A stretch of 64,000 bases of DNA, taken from Prionailurus viverrinus (Eukaryota). Positions 1 through 11,870 of this stretch are shown here, one piece after another; position 1 is the stretch's first letter; every line of letters starts with the position of its first letter. The DNA lies in NCBI RefSeq assembly GCF_022837055.1, contig NC_062566.1:66798464-66862463 (forward strand). Direction: 5' to 3'. A program made the position numbers and the translations under genes. The notes below the pieces were generated by a model. It saw nothing but the letters and a program-made list of their open reading frames with translations. It did no database searches and was not told the DNA's origin.

Positions 1-401
1 ATAATTATATTGAAAGACACTGAAGAAGTCTTAAATAAATCAAGAAAATTATGGATAAGAAGATTCAAAGTATATAAAGATGTCTAGTCTTCCTAAATCG
101 ATCTATAAATGGAATGCAATCCTAATCAAAATCCTAGAGGAGTTTTTTGTGAAAATTTACAAGATAATTCTAAAATGTAAATGGGCTGCTTGCTCAGAAC
201 AACATTGAGGAGCTTCTCTGATCAGATACTGACTTCTTATAAAGCTATAAGATGATGTAATATGGGCATAGAAATAAACAAGTAGATCAGAAAATATCAG
301 AATAGAGACCTCAGAAACAAATAAAACAAAAAATATATAATACACATATTACATATATATGTAATATCATGGAGATATAGATAGATATACATATATATGT
401 G

Positions 402-417
<16 letters not shown>

Positions 418-456
<39 letters not shown>
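418..456 (+). repeat. (AC)n microsatellite, preceded by a (TA)n-rich stretch at 340-417
   Basis: The run reads acacacacacacacacacacacacacacacacacacac. Confidence 0.95.
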
Positions 457-459
<3 letters not shown>

Positions 460-1397
460 GTTTAAGACAGGGCTTTAAAGATCAGTGGTTAAAAGATAGA
501 TTCCTTAATAAAAGACGCTGGGCCAATTAATTATTCATTAAGAAAAAAAGTATATACCTACACCACAACATAAAGAAATGTCATAATGAAAGAAAAAGAT
601 GAAAGCATAAAACAACAGAGGGGAAATATCTTTATGACTTCAGGACAGGAAAGGACTTCTTAAAACACAAACAGCACTGACCATAAAAGACTGCTAAATT
701 CAGTAACACTGAAATTAAGATCTGTTCAACAGAAGATCCAGTATGGAGATTACAAAACAAAAGCAACCATTAGATGATGTTTGCAGCACATAAAATGACA
801 AAAGATTAGTATGAAGATAAGTCCTACAAATCAATTTGAAACCCAGTAAAGAAGTGGTCAAAGACACAACAGTCCTTTCACTGTGAGAAATATTAGTAGC
901 TCATAAATACACGAAAATATGCTCAAACCCATTTGTAGTGAGAGAAACGCAAGTTAAGGCCACGAGGGATATCCTTCAAACCTCCCAAATCTGTGGTCCC
1001 TAAAAAATAAGACAAATACAAAATATAGAAGAGAGTAAGGAGCATTAGGAAGACTCATCCACTGACTGTAGAGACATAAATTGGAATGGCCACTTTGGAA
1101 ATGTTTGGTATTTCTCAAAAAAGTTGAAAAAAAAAAAAAAAAAGTTGAGCATGTGTATATTCTGAGACCCAGCAATTCTGCCCTCATGCTAATACTCTGA
1201 ACAGTGCTTCTCACACATTAGTGTGCATCAGAATCCCAGAGAGGGTTTGTTAAACACAGATTACTGGACTCTTCCCTGAGTTTCTAATTCATGGATTGGG
1301 GCTTAAGACTTTGCATTAAAAGAAGTTGCAGGTGGTCTTGATGCTGTTGGTCTGGGGACCACTCTTCTGAGAATCATTGCTATAAAAGAAACTCTTG

Positions 1398-1579
1398 GGG
1401 TGCCTGGGTGGCTGTCAGTTAAACCTCCGTCTGACTTTGGCTCAAGTCATGATCTCACAGCTCGTGAGTTGGAGCCCCATGTCAAGCTCTGTGCCGACAG
1501 CTCAGAGACTTCCCTCCCTGCCCCTCCCCCACTCGCACTCTGTCTCTCGTTCAAAATAAAATAAAAACATTAAAAAAAA
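1398..1579 (+). mobile_element. Carnivore tRNA-Lys SINE (Can-SINE), older copy. TSD aaagaaactcttg at 1385-1397 and 1812-1824 flanks this element together with the nested young SINE.
   Basis: The head is GGGGTGCCTGGGTGGCT...GTCATGATCTCAC and the tail is ...CAAAATAAAATAAAAACATTAAAAAAAA. Confidence 0.85.
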
Positions 1580-1585
1580 TTTTTT

Positions 1586-1802
1586 GGGGGGCGCCTGGGT
1601 GGCGCAGTCGGTTAAGCGTCCGACTTCAGCCAGGTCACGATCTCGCGGTCCGTGAGTTCGAGCCCCGCGTCGGGCTCTGGGCTGATGGCTCGGAGCCTGG
1701 AGCCTGTTTCCGATTCTGTGTCTCCCTCTCTCTCTGCCCCTCCCCCGTTCATGCTCTGTCTCTCTCTGTCCCAAAAATAAATAAACGTTGAAAAAAAAAA
1801 AA
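1586..1802 (+). mobile_element. Young CpG-intact SINEC (felid-type) copy inserted into the A-tail of the preceding SINE. TSD aaaaaaaatttttt.
   Basis: The sequence GGGGCGCCTGGGTGGCGCAGTCGGTTAAGCGTCCGACTTCAGCCAGGTCACGATCTCGCGGTCCGTGAGTTCGAGCCCCGCG... is nearly identical to the copies at 26234-26457, 37266-37482, 42988-43216 and 48629-48847. Confidence 0.9.
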
Positions 1803-2513
1803 TTTTTTTTTAAAGAAACTCTTGCACTTACTTATCAGGACACATGCAGGATATTAATAATGTACTTCCTTGATACAAACAAACCTAAACATCATTTAAC
1901 AGAATAACTAAATTATGGTGTAATCAGTGAGATTATATAACTGTGAAAACAAATGAGATCAGAGAGAATACAAGGGCTTCTAAGATACAAATTAATGTTC
2001 TAGTTTTGAAGCCAGGTGGACATTTTCAGATATTCTAATCACTCTTTAAACTGTACATACATGTTTTTCACATTCACTTGTCCATGTATTTCATCATAGA
2101 ATCTTTTCTGCTTCACTCTACCACCTACTGGCCATTTTTCTACTGCCTGGCCCTACACAAAGTATGTCAAATCAGGACTTGAGTAAAAGGAAAATAGTTA
2201 CCTGGTCTCATCTGTCTACTGACTCTAATGCACACACATTGCACCAGCCCCACTTTCTCCCCAGTTGCCCTCAACCACTTCTCAAGATATTTTACACCTT
2301 TCAAGTTCCTGATTGCTCTTCCATGACTGTAGGTCTCAAAATCAACACCCAGAACTGAACACAAAGCTCCACATGTGGTCTGACAGACACTGTATCAAGA
2401 CCTCTTCTCCCTGGCTGCTACAGATTCATTGGTACAGCCAAAACAGTGTTTTTGCAACCGTATCGTATTGATTACTCATACTAACTTTATCTACTAAAAT
2501 TCTCAGCAATTTT

Positions 2514-2760
2514 GGAGCAGCTGGGTGGTTCAGTCCACTAGGTGTTCGGCTCTTGATTTTGGCTGAGGTCATAATCTCACAGTTCATGGGTTTGAGACCC
2601 ATGTTGGGTTTCATGCTGACAGCACAAAACCTGCCTGGGATTCTCCCTCCGTCTCTCTCTCTCTCTGCCCCTCCCCGACTCCCCCTCAGCCCACCCCCAC
2701 CACTACTCGTACACGCACAGACATGCGCTCTCTCAAAACAAAAATATACTTTAAAAAAAT
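2514..2760 (+). mobile_element. Can-SINE, diverged copy
   Basis: The head is CTGGGTGGTTCAGTCC...GTCATAATCTCACAGTTCATGGGTTTGAGACCC, followed by a CT-rich body and an A-rich tail. Confidence 0.8.
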
Positions 2761-3980
2761 TCTCGATAATTTTTCATACATAATGCTAAAGATACACCTG
2801 GAAAGTTGGCCTCTTCAGACCAAAAGAATGGACTTCAAACTTTTATCTTAGATTCAGCCCTTATAACATTCTTAGATAGATAGATGCTGATTTTATTACC
2901 CATTCTCTGAGGATTCCTCTATGCTTTAGATTCTTCATAGAATGAATGAGCCACCAATGATATTCAAGTCACTGATAAAGTTCAAAAGGACCAGACAAGT
3001 ACAAAGACCTGAGCCAGATCACCAGAAGTCTTCCAAATTTATCTGTATCCATTAATGTACTCTCTGGTTACAGCCATCAGTTGGCTATTAATCCTCCTTC
3101 ACATTTTCCCATTTTTCCTCAAGGGTATTAAGAGAAACTATTACAAAATGTATCACTAGAATCTAAAGAAACTGAGTATCTGGCACTCTCTGGTCTTTCA
3201 GCCTAATAACACTATTCGAATAATATTGCTGCCATCTTGCACCACGAGGGCCACCCCCAAGGATGACAGAATGGGAAAATGGTTGGAAGCTGCTTCCCAG
3301 TGACTTTTTGTGGAGTTGCCATTCCTGCCTTGGGATACCTGTTGCCAGAAATCTTTTAACTGGAAGAGAAATAAACTATTTAGTGTAAAGAAAAAAAAGG
3401 GGGGGGGGGGATTACAATAATGGATTGAAGTGATCCTAAAACCAAAATCTAAGCTTGAAGAGAATGAAGCCAAACTATACAGTATTTTTTCTCCAAACAA
3501 ATTTAATTCTGTTCCAGCCCCAAAGAAGGGGAAGGACCTAATGTTTAAAAATAAAATAAAAGTTGCAAAAAAAACAAGCCATTAAAAAATCAAGCCCCCT
3601 CCCTTAGCAATAAATACTGCAATGATATATACACATGAGGCTCAGGAAGGAGGCAAGAACGAAAACCGTGGGGACTCTGTCCCACGACAAGATGCCAACA
3701 CTTCTACCAATTCCATGCTCTTTGCCTAAAACACAGAAGAGCGATGAAAGAGGCAGGAGAGATTACACCAGGGAAGTGTGTGGCCACAGAGAACCTGAAC
3801 ATGTGAACAGGAGAGAAAGACGAGACACAAAGTGTCCTACAGGGCAGGGGAAGGGAAAGTCATCATCTACAACATCCCCCCTTCCTGGCTGAGTCACTGG
3901 GTGGAGCTGGCCCAGCTGCTGACGGTCTTGAGCTTATCCTCTCGCCTCCGCTCCTTCTTCAGCATGCAAGTCAAGGACGG

Positions 3981-4100
3981 TCATTCGCACTGTGGCCGTG
4001 ATGCCACTGTGGCAGCGGCCTGACTGCTGGAGCCCTGGGGCTTCCCGTTCACCACCAGCAGGAGGGGTGTCTCCACACGAATACTGCAAAAGGAATAGTC
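3981..4100 (-). CDS. TTC5: TTC5 exon 10 (last coding exon, includes TGA stop at 3981-3983): [39 protein letters not shown]
   Basis: On the minus strand the acceptor reads cttttctag|GACTATTCC. The translation matches the remembered human TTC5 C-terminus, and the stop codon TGA is present. The summed CDS length of all 10 exons is 1323 nt, giving 440 aa. Confidence 0.85.
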   Translation of the reverse strand, partial: DYSFCSIRVETPLLLVVNGKPQGSSSQAAATVASRPQCE

Positions 4101-5467
4101 CTAGAAAAGACAGACAGACAGAGGTTCATTACAGATCCTAAGGTAGAAGCACAGGGAAACACATCTGTGACTTTCTCCCTCTTCCTATCCCCTCAGTGTA
4201 TATGCTCCTTCCCTTCGTCTCACGTCAAATAAATAAAGCTGAGTTTATTTTTATATATCCCCTAACAAAGGGGATATAATTTTCCCCAAGTTTTCAATCT
4301 TCAGAAGGACAGTCTGGGGTAGGTAAGATGCCAGTAGTTTCACCACAAGAATGGGGCAAATCTCTGAAAAATGACAGGTGCCGCTGCTGCCTAACTAGAG
4401 GGTGCCACCAGCCTTCACAGAATCTGCCCGTCCCAGTGTCTTCTGACAATGAAAACCAGACGCACACAGCCACCAGCGAGAAGCCTGAGAAACTCTTAGT
4501 GCCAGTGTTTGTAAGGCCCTAAATTAACTTGCCAAAGATAAATTCAAGTTAATTCTCCCTTCTTCCTCCCTATCAGGGGGAAGAAACAGAATGTGTTGTT
4601 TAGACATTCCAATAATAACAGAAAAGACAGCCCACTTTACCAGTTCAAATGTACTTTAGACCATAAAACATGTTGTTAAAACATCTTCATCCAAAAACTA
4701 TTGTCCCACTCGGAGTTGTGAAGGAAGCGCTTTTAAGTCAAAGTGAAGATGTGAATTAAACAGTTCTCATAAGTCAATTTTTTAAATATCCTAACAGGAA
4801 TATGGGCAATGACAAAAAAATGCCAATTTATAAAAGGAATATAAACAGCCAATAAACTTGATAAAATATCCAACCTCACCAATAATCAAGAAACCAAAGC
4901 AAAACAATACCGATGCTGTATTTCTTCGTGTAAAATCAGCATTTAATTTTTCAAAGGTTTCTACCCAGACTTGAAAAGAAAACTACAAAGAAGCAATTAC
5001 ATCTGCTGTTGGTATTAACTAGTCCCACATTCCAAAAAATAACTTGACAATATGAATCAAAAGTCTTAGAATTCTGCATATCTTCTGGAACCAGAATTCT
5101 ACCTTAGAAATTCACTTAAGTAAATAATCATGGATATAGGCAGATAGAAAATTTTTTTACTACAGTGCCTTTATAATTGGGAAAAACTAAAAATAATCTA
5201 GATCTGAGAGAAGTAAATTTTTTCTGTAGAGGGCCAAATAATAATTAATTTAGGCTTTGTGGGTCATATGGTCTCTGTCACAGAAGAAGTATTCAACCCC
5301 GACCCCATAGTGCAAAAAGCAAACACAGACAAGAGTAAACAAATAAGTGTGGCTCTGTTCCCAAACAAATTAACTTTTTGGACACTGAAATTTGAATTCC
5401 CTATAATTTTCATGTATCACCAGTTATTCTTCTTCTTTCAATTTTTTCATTTAAAAATATAGAAACT

Positions 5468-5680
5468 GGGGAGCCTGGGTGCGTCAGTTAGTTAAGCATC
5501 TGACTTTGGCTCAGGTCATGATCTTGCAGTTAGTGAGTTCAAGACCCACATCAGGCTCTGTGCTGACAGCTCAGAACCTGGAGCCTGCTTCAGATTCTGT
5601 CTCCCTCTCTCTCTGCCCCTCCCCTGCTTTTGCTCTGTCTCTCACTCTCTCAAAAATAAATAAACATTAAAAAAAACAGA
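5468..5680 (+). mobile_element. Can-SINE. TSD aaaatatagaaact at 5455-5468 and 5687-5700.
   Basis: The head is GGGGAGCCTGGGTGCGTCAGTTAGTTAAGCATCTGAC and the tail is ...CAAAAATAAATAAACATTAAAAAAAA. Confidence 0.85.
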
Positions 5681-6705
5681 TAAATAAAAATATAGAAACT
5701 ATTCTTATATCACAGGCTATACAAAACAGTCAGGGAGCCAGATTTGATCAATAGGCCAGTTTTCCAACCCCTGATCTAAATGGTGAAAAAGTGGTGAAAC
5801 TGCTACTCTTAGAAGATTTCTGTGTTTATTACATGAGCCAGTATAGGCAATAAACCTCTTAACCCAGCACCCAGCAGTCAGTTAAGGTGTTAAGGAAATG
5901 TTAACTGTCATCATCATCTTCATCACCACCTTTGTGTGTCAATTCAAAACAATGCTGTTAGAATATGTTAAACTGCAGGAAATGTTCACAAACACTGCAT
6001 ATAATATTCCACTCATTAAAAATATACATATGAATGTACATATATACGCATACATATATGTATATACTATAAATAATATATATAAATAAATATATAATTA
6101 TAAATATGTTTATAAATGTATATATGTATATATACATATTTATGAAAAAAGACTGTAGGTATATATAAGAAACTAATATCTGAGTGATAATATTTCAGTC
6201 CATTTTTAAAAAAATTTTTTATAGAAATAATTGACATCTAACATGTATAAGTTTAAGGTGTAAACATGTTTATTTAATACATTTATATATTGGAATATGA
6301 TGACCACCATGGTGTTAGGTAACACCCCATCATGTCATACAGTTACCACTGCTTTTTTGTTGTGGGAGCAATTAAGATTTGTTCTCTTAGCAACTTTGAA
6401 GTATATAATACGATACTGTTGTCTGTAATCACTGTGCTGTGCATTAGCTCTCCAGGATTTATTTACCTACTAGTTCCAAGTCTGCACCCTTAAACAACAT
6501 CACCCCAATTTGCCCACCACAACCCCAGCCACTGGTAACCACTATTCTATTGTTTTCATGAGTTCAGCTTTTTTAGATTCCATATATAAGTGTTATCATA
6601 CAGTATTTTTCTCTGTCCAGTCCATTTTTTAAATTCTTATTTACCAGTAGGTTCCCTTTTTAGTAAAAAAAGTATATACATCATATATGAAAATATGTGT
6701 GTATA

Positions 6706-6706
6706 T

Positions 6707-6751
<45 letters not shown>

Positions 6752-6762
6752 GCATTACCTTA
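6706..6762 (+). repeat. Compound (CA)n(TA)n microsatellite
   Basis: The run reads cacacacacacacacacacacacatatatatatatatatatatg. Confidence 0.95.
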
Positions 6763-6839
6763 CATATTTATTAAAAGAGATAAACTTGGTCCCACTTTCA
6801 GAGCCTATAAGCTGGGAAAAAATCCTGGCCATCACTCAC

Positions 6840-6984
6840 TTTTCCTTTGTGCTGAATTCGGTGAAGCCGAAGATTGGGCTCAGGAATGGCTACGGAGTCC
6901 CCAATGAGCACTCCCCAACTCTGTACCATATTATACACCATCACTGCACAGCAAGGTCCATCTGAATCTACCAGGCCAAATGTA
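6840..6984 (-). CDS. TTC5: TTC5 exon 9: (F)[48 protein letters not shown]
   Basis: The minus-strand acceptor is aacctggcag|TACATTTGG and the donor is GGAAAA|gtgagtg. The reading frame is continuous with exon 8 (phase 2). The translation matches the human TTC5 OB-fold region. Confidence 0.85.
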
Positions 6985-8419
6985 CTGCCAGGTTAAGACG
7001 GGTTAAGGGAAGGGTGGGGAGGAAAGCAGGCAGGAAAGAAAAGCAAAAACAGTGGTTTTAGAATACCAGCAAAATTAACAAATGCTTTCTCAGTTAGTTA
7101 CTTAGAAAACTTAAGACAGGTACCATCATCTACCATCTGAGTCCTCATTTGTCTTACATATGTAATATCTTTAAAGCATATGCACAGGACTCATCAGTCT
7201 GTCACTTGACCAAGAACTTGAGACATCTGCACACTGAGACCATTCAACAAATAATAATGAACCAGCTCAAAATGTTGCAGCTGTGACATTATTCCTGGTC
7301 TATCAATTTAACCATCACAACCTTCCAACTCTCTAACCACCATCACTGTCGATTTAATTCAGTCCCACAAACTTTCCCTGAATGCCTCTTATGCGTCAAG
7401 CTTTGTGCTTAGCAATAAGACACTGATCCAGCTATGAGTGAGTTTACAGTCAAGCAGGAGTCAGACAGTTAAACCATCACTTACAGGACAAATGTGACAG
7501 GTGCCAGAATAGTTTTTCCCTTGCGATGAGTTCAGTGAGGCCAAAGATTGGACAGTGGGAACCCAGCGGAGAAATGTTCAAAACTAGAAGGCAGGGAAGA
7601 TTTCCTTGAGGAGGAGACCCTCAAACTGAATTGTAAAGGATGAAAAATTATCTGGGTTAAAAAAGGAAAACTACTCCTCAGTAGAAATAAAGAACCTCTG
7701 AGGGAATGAGAACAGGGACTGACTGGGAGGGAACATGAGAAAACTTTCCGAGGTGCTGGTAATTACTGTTCTCTATCTTGACAGGTGTTTGGGTTACACA
7801 GCTGTACGTGTTAGTCAAAACTCAGCAAATGTACACTAAGATTTGTATACTTCATTCTATGTAAATTTTTACGTAAAAAGAAGAAAACTGTAAAAAAAAA
7901 AAACAAAAAAAAAACACCAAACTCTAGTTAATGACTATACGCTGGAGTATTCAGAGGCAAGTATATAGATCTCTACAATTTACTCTGAAATGTACCAAAA
8001 TAAGATGGATCAATGGATAAATAAGCAGATAGATAGACATGTGATACACCAAGTATAGTAACATAGTAGAAGAATACAGGTGGTTGGGTACACAGATACT
8101 CACTGTAAAATTCTTTCAATTTTGCTGTGTTTGAAAATTTTTATAATAAATGTTGGGGGGAAAATGTTATCTATATCAAGAAGCAGTAAAAGGATTACCC
8201 AGACAGACACAGGAACAGTGTGTAAAGGCACAGAGGCATAAAAATAGCTGTTCTGAAACCCACAAAATAATCCCATGATGGTAACAAAAGGCACAAGTGG
8301 GAAAGTGACAGACAAGGAGTAAATTATGAAGGGTTTTTGCATGCTAAGCCAATCTAAGGAGTTCAAACTTTATCCTAAAAGTACCACAGCAGCAGTAAGG
8401 GATTTTAGATAAGAAATGG

Positions 8420-9010
8420 CGATGGTCGGTTTTGCATCGGGGAAATATTTCTCTGCACTGTGGAACACTGGAGGAAAACAAGGAGTCAGAATATGTGTCT
8501 GGAGAAGCAATAAGGAGCTATATTAAGTCAGTAGAGATAGAAAGGTAGGGACCAAAAAACCCAAAACAAATGTATGGACGTGGTGAGCACCACAATGCAG
8601 GAGAATGGAGAATTCTAGAACTTCTAGAAGTCTTAAGAGACTGAGCAGAAGTGGTACCACCGATTGGCAAGGAATGCAGGGAGGAGAAACAGTTTAGAGA
8701 GAAAGAGGAAGTGAGTAATTTTGAACCTACTGAGTTAGAGATTTCTGATTGGAGCCCAGAGGCAGTTGGATATAGGAATCCAAAACTTGGAAATGAGGCC
8801 TGGGCTGGAGATCCACCTGTGAGCATGGTGAAGGCAGCCAAAGCCTTGGGCTTATATGACATCACCAAAAGAGATGATCTATAATGAGATGGTGAAGAAC
8901 TGGTACACATGCCATCACTTGACACACCTGAATTCATAGCCAACCTGCAATCAAGCCCAACATTCTCTTGGTGGATCCAATCAAAGCCTCAGAATCCTTC
9001 TACACAGTAA
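8420..9010 (+). mobile_element. Possible ancient LINE (L2-like) remnant, with residual open reading frames on both strands
   Basis: The ORF track shows 8518..8943 (-) at 141 aa and 8651..8884 (+) at 77 aa. There is loose resemblance to L2 3'-region motifs, no resemblance to any host gene, and the region lies inside TTC5 intron 8. Confidence 0.25.
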
Positions 9011-9555
9011 CTTGGGCAGCTGCTGCCAAGTGATAAAAGTTAGCACCTATTTGCCATCCTGGTAAAGAGAGAAAAGAGAGTCCTCCTGGAACTTAACATT
9101 TAGAAGTTAAGAAAAAGAGAAACCAAGGAGTGACAAAATATTTGTTCTCAAGGCCCCCTAAAATCCACCTTTGTCTGAATTTCCTTCTCCTTCCTCTTAG
9201 CTCTAGGGTCTGCTCTAGTTAACAAAACTTTTCTCAACCATCTTCTTGCTCTTCAACCCATATGTCTCTAGAAAACACCATGGAGAAAGCTCGGGCATAT
9301 TATGGGAAGTGTTTCTGTTTGGATGAAGCAGAAGGGATATGAAAAGGAATAAACAGTGAGAGATAAGACAGTGTTGTGGAAACACATAGTGGAAGCCAAT
9401 GGACCAGACACTGGTGAGGCTAGAAAAAACAAATCCAGTAGAAAACAGAAAAAGGAAACCAGTCAACAAGGGATTAGGAAGTGAGTGAAGAACCAAGGAC
9501 TGATGGCACAGACTAAACCCTAATTTTTCAAGGCTTAAAAATCTTCTAAGTAAGG

Positions 9556-9652
9556 GGTGCCTGGCTGGCTCAGTCAGTAGAGCATGCAACTCATGATCTT
9601 AGGGTTGTGAGTTCGAGCCCTGTGCTGTAGTGCAAAGAGAACTTAAAAAATT
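9556..9652 (+). mobile_element. Short Can-SINE, a tRNA-like head only (the variant with TCAGTCAGTAGAGCATGCAACTC)
   Basis: The sequence reads GGGGTGCCTGGCTGGCTCAGTCAGTAGAGCATGCAACTCATGATCTTAGGGTTGTGAGTTCGAGCCC. Confidence 0.75.
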
Positions 9653-10216
9653 TAAACCTTTAAGAACATTTTTTTTCTAGGTGAATGTTCTTAACTCATA
9701 TCCTCTACTAGACTGTAAGCACCTTCACTTGGATCCTTTACATTTCACTCCCTACCACACATATACCAGATGCTCAATAAATATTTGTTAAATAATATCT
9801 GAGACAATATCCCCATCAGGCCTTAAAGTCTAACTCAAAGCTAACCTTTCGGAACTGCCTAGTCATACCTAAGTCCAAACAGGACTGAAAATTTTTCCTC
9901 CTTTAACTTCTATGATCATGAAAACACAAAGAAGCAGGAGAATTTCAAGGTTTCCTTCTGTCTTCTAAAAAACACAGCAGTTCAATTTCAGCTATGGATG
10001 CAGGAATCCACAGAGCACCAAGCTCAGAGAAAAAAATGGGTGATGACAGAATCTACAGAGAGACTGTTAGGTATCACCTCAACACTCATGAGACAGTCAC
10101 AGAGGGAAGCAGAACTCACTAATCTGTGACCACAAACAATGTCCTCAAATGTCAAAGAAAGGCCAAGTGAGACCAATTCAAAAGAATGAAAAAGAGGAAA
10201 GGGAAAACAAACTCAC

Positions 10217-10431
10217 AAGGGGACTTTCTCCTCTGTGGTGAGGCTGAATACCACCTTTCCTAGGACCACAGCACCACTGTTCACACCGGGTTGTAGTGCA
10301 CTCAGGGGCTTGAGCTCCAGGGTCAACTTCTGCCCGGAGGCTGACTGGTAGCGCCCATCACCACAAGGGCCTAGATGAGCCGGGCGCAAGCTTCCCAGCA
10401 TGCTCTGCAACTTTTTGGTCTTCACCTTTCC
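10217..10431 (-). CDS. TTC5: TTC5 exon 8: [71 protein letters not shown](F)
   Basis: The six-frame ORF track has a matching ORF at 10213..10437 (-). The acceptor is (T)20 gcag|GGAAAGGTG and the donor is CCCCTT|gtgagt. Confidence 0.9.
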
Positions 10432-10459
10432 CTGCAAAAGAAAAAAAAAAAAAAAAAAA

Positions 10460-10853
10460 TCGAAAAGAATGAAATCTTGCCATTTGCAACAACATAGATG
10501 GAACTAGAGTATATTACGCTAAGCAGAATTAGTCCATCAGAGAAGGACCATATGATTTCACTGATATATGGATTTTAAGAAACAAAACAGATGAACATAG
10601 GGGAAGGGAACCAAGAATAAGAAAAACAGAGAGGGAGACAAACCATAAGAGACTCTTAAATACAGAGAACAAACTGAAGGTTGATGGCGGGGAGGTGGGT
10701 GATGGGCTAAGTAGGTGATGGGCATCAAGGAGGGCACTTGTTAGGATGAGCACTGGTTGTTATATGTAAGTGATGAAGCACTAAATCCTATTCTTAAAAT
10801 CATTATTACACTATATGTTAACTAACTTGGGCTTAAATTAAAAAAAAAAAAAA
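10460..10853 (+). mobile_element. L1 (carnivore LINE-1) 3' end fragment, ORF2 C-terminus plus 3' UTR and A-tail
   Basis: The sequence GAATGAAATCTTGCCATTTGCAACAAC...GGAACTAGAGTATATTACGCTAAGC is the same L1 tail seen at 13107-13610 and 33700-34110 ([23 protein letters not shown] motif). It ends in poly(A). Confidence 0.85.
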
Positions 10854-10856
10854 GGA

Positions 10857-11070
10857 TGGGGCACCTGGGTGGCTCAGTCAGTTAAGCATCCACTTCGGCT
10901 CAGGTCAGGGTCCCATAGGTTTGTGGGTTCAAGCCCCAAGTCAGCTGCGCTGACAGCTCAAAGCCTGGAACCTGCTTCGGATTCTGTGTCTCCCTCTCTC
11001 TCTCCACCTCTCCCCTGTTCACACTCTGTCTCTGTCTCTCTCCCTCAAAAATAAATACTTAAAAAAATAT
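10857..11070 (+). mobile_element. Can-SINE
   Basis: The head is GGGGCACCTGGGTGGCTCAGTCAGTTAAGCATCC, with the canonical CT-rich body and tail. Confidence 0.85.
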
Positions 11071-11288
11071 TTTTTAGAAACTTAAAAAAAATTTTTTTTA
11101 ATTTACAAAAAAGGAAAAATAGATAAGAAGCTGGAAGCTAGTCTGCTCTCTTTGCAAACCTATTCCTACTCCCACTTACCCACTTCTACAGGTAGGGTCA
11201 TCACTACTGAAGCCTAGTCTTTTCTTATTTTATTTGATCCACAGGGTCAGGAGGATAAAAGTACGATTTGGCCTTTTGACAACTTTAC

Positions 11289-11435
11289 CTTGCTCTCAAG
11301 GAGACTGGTTAATCTATTCAGGAATTCCAGAAGTTGTTGCTCTCGTTGCCGGGGCTCCGGCCATGCAGGGTCCAGTGCTGCAGCCCGAGAGAAGCCCTCC
11401 AGGGCCTCCCCATAATTCTCTTCGTATTTATGTAA
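11289..11435 (-). CDS. TTC5: TTC5 exon 7: [49 protein letters not shown]
   Basis: The ORF track has a matching ORF at 11247..11465 (-). The acceptor is cttgtgcag|TTACAT and the donor is AGCAAG|gtaaag. Confidence 0.9.
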
Positions 11436-11545
11436 CTGCACAAGAAGTAACCAAAAACCTCCCAATTATATGTATATTTAACACAAACTACACCGAGGGA
11501 GTAATGGCACAATGCACTAGCAATCTACGGAAATAAACTGTTTCT

Positions 11546-11708
11546 GGGGCACCTGGGTGGCTCAGTTGATTAAGCATCCAAATTTGGCTCAGGTCATGAT
11601 CTCACAGTTCATGGGTTTGAGCCCCACATCGGGCTCTCTGCTGTCAGTGCAGAGCCTGCTTTGGATCCTCGGTCTCCCTCTCTCACTCGCTGCCCCTCCC
11701 TGGCTCGA

Positions 11709-11756
<48 letters not shown>

Positions 11757-11757
11757 A

Positions 11758-11793
<36 letters not shown>

Positions 11794-11821
11794 AGAAAGA
11801 AAGAAAGAAAGAAAAAAGAAA

Positions 11822-11866
<45 letters not shown>

Positions 11867-11870
11867 AACT
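11546..11870 (+). mobile_element. Can-SINE with an expanded (GAAA)n tail. TSD aaactgtttc.
   Basis: The head is GGGGCACCTGGGTGGCTCAGTTGATTAAGCATCC, followed by a (GAAA)n run of about 163 nt. Confidence 0.85.
11706..11869 (+). repeat. Imperfect (GAAA)n tetranucleotide microsatellite of about 40 units
   Basis: The repeat is directly visible. The ORF-track entries at 11557..12012 and 11661..11921 (KKERKKERKK...) are translations of it. Confidence 0.95.

Noticed and set aside
8518-8943. 141-aa minus-strand ORF as a possible TTC5 C-terminal exon (weak resemblance: GVSSDGMCT versus [11 protein letters not shown])
   Set aside because: The true TTC5 exons 9 and 10 were found at 6840-6984 and 3981-4100 with correct splice sites, and they complete a 440-aa protein. 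The resemblance is coincidental.
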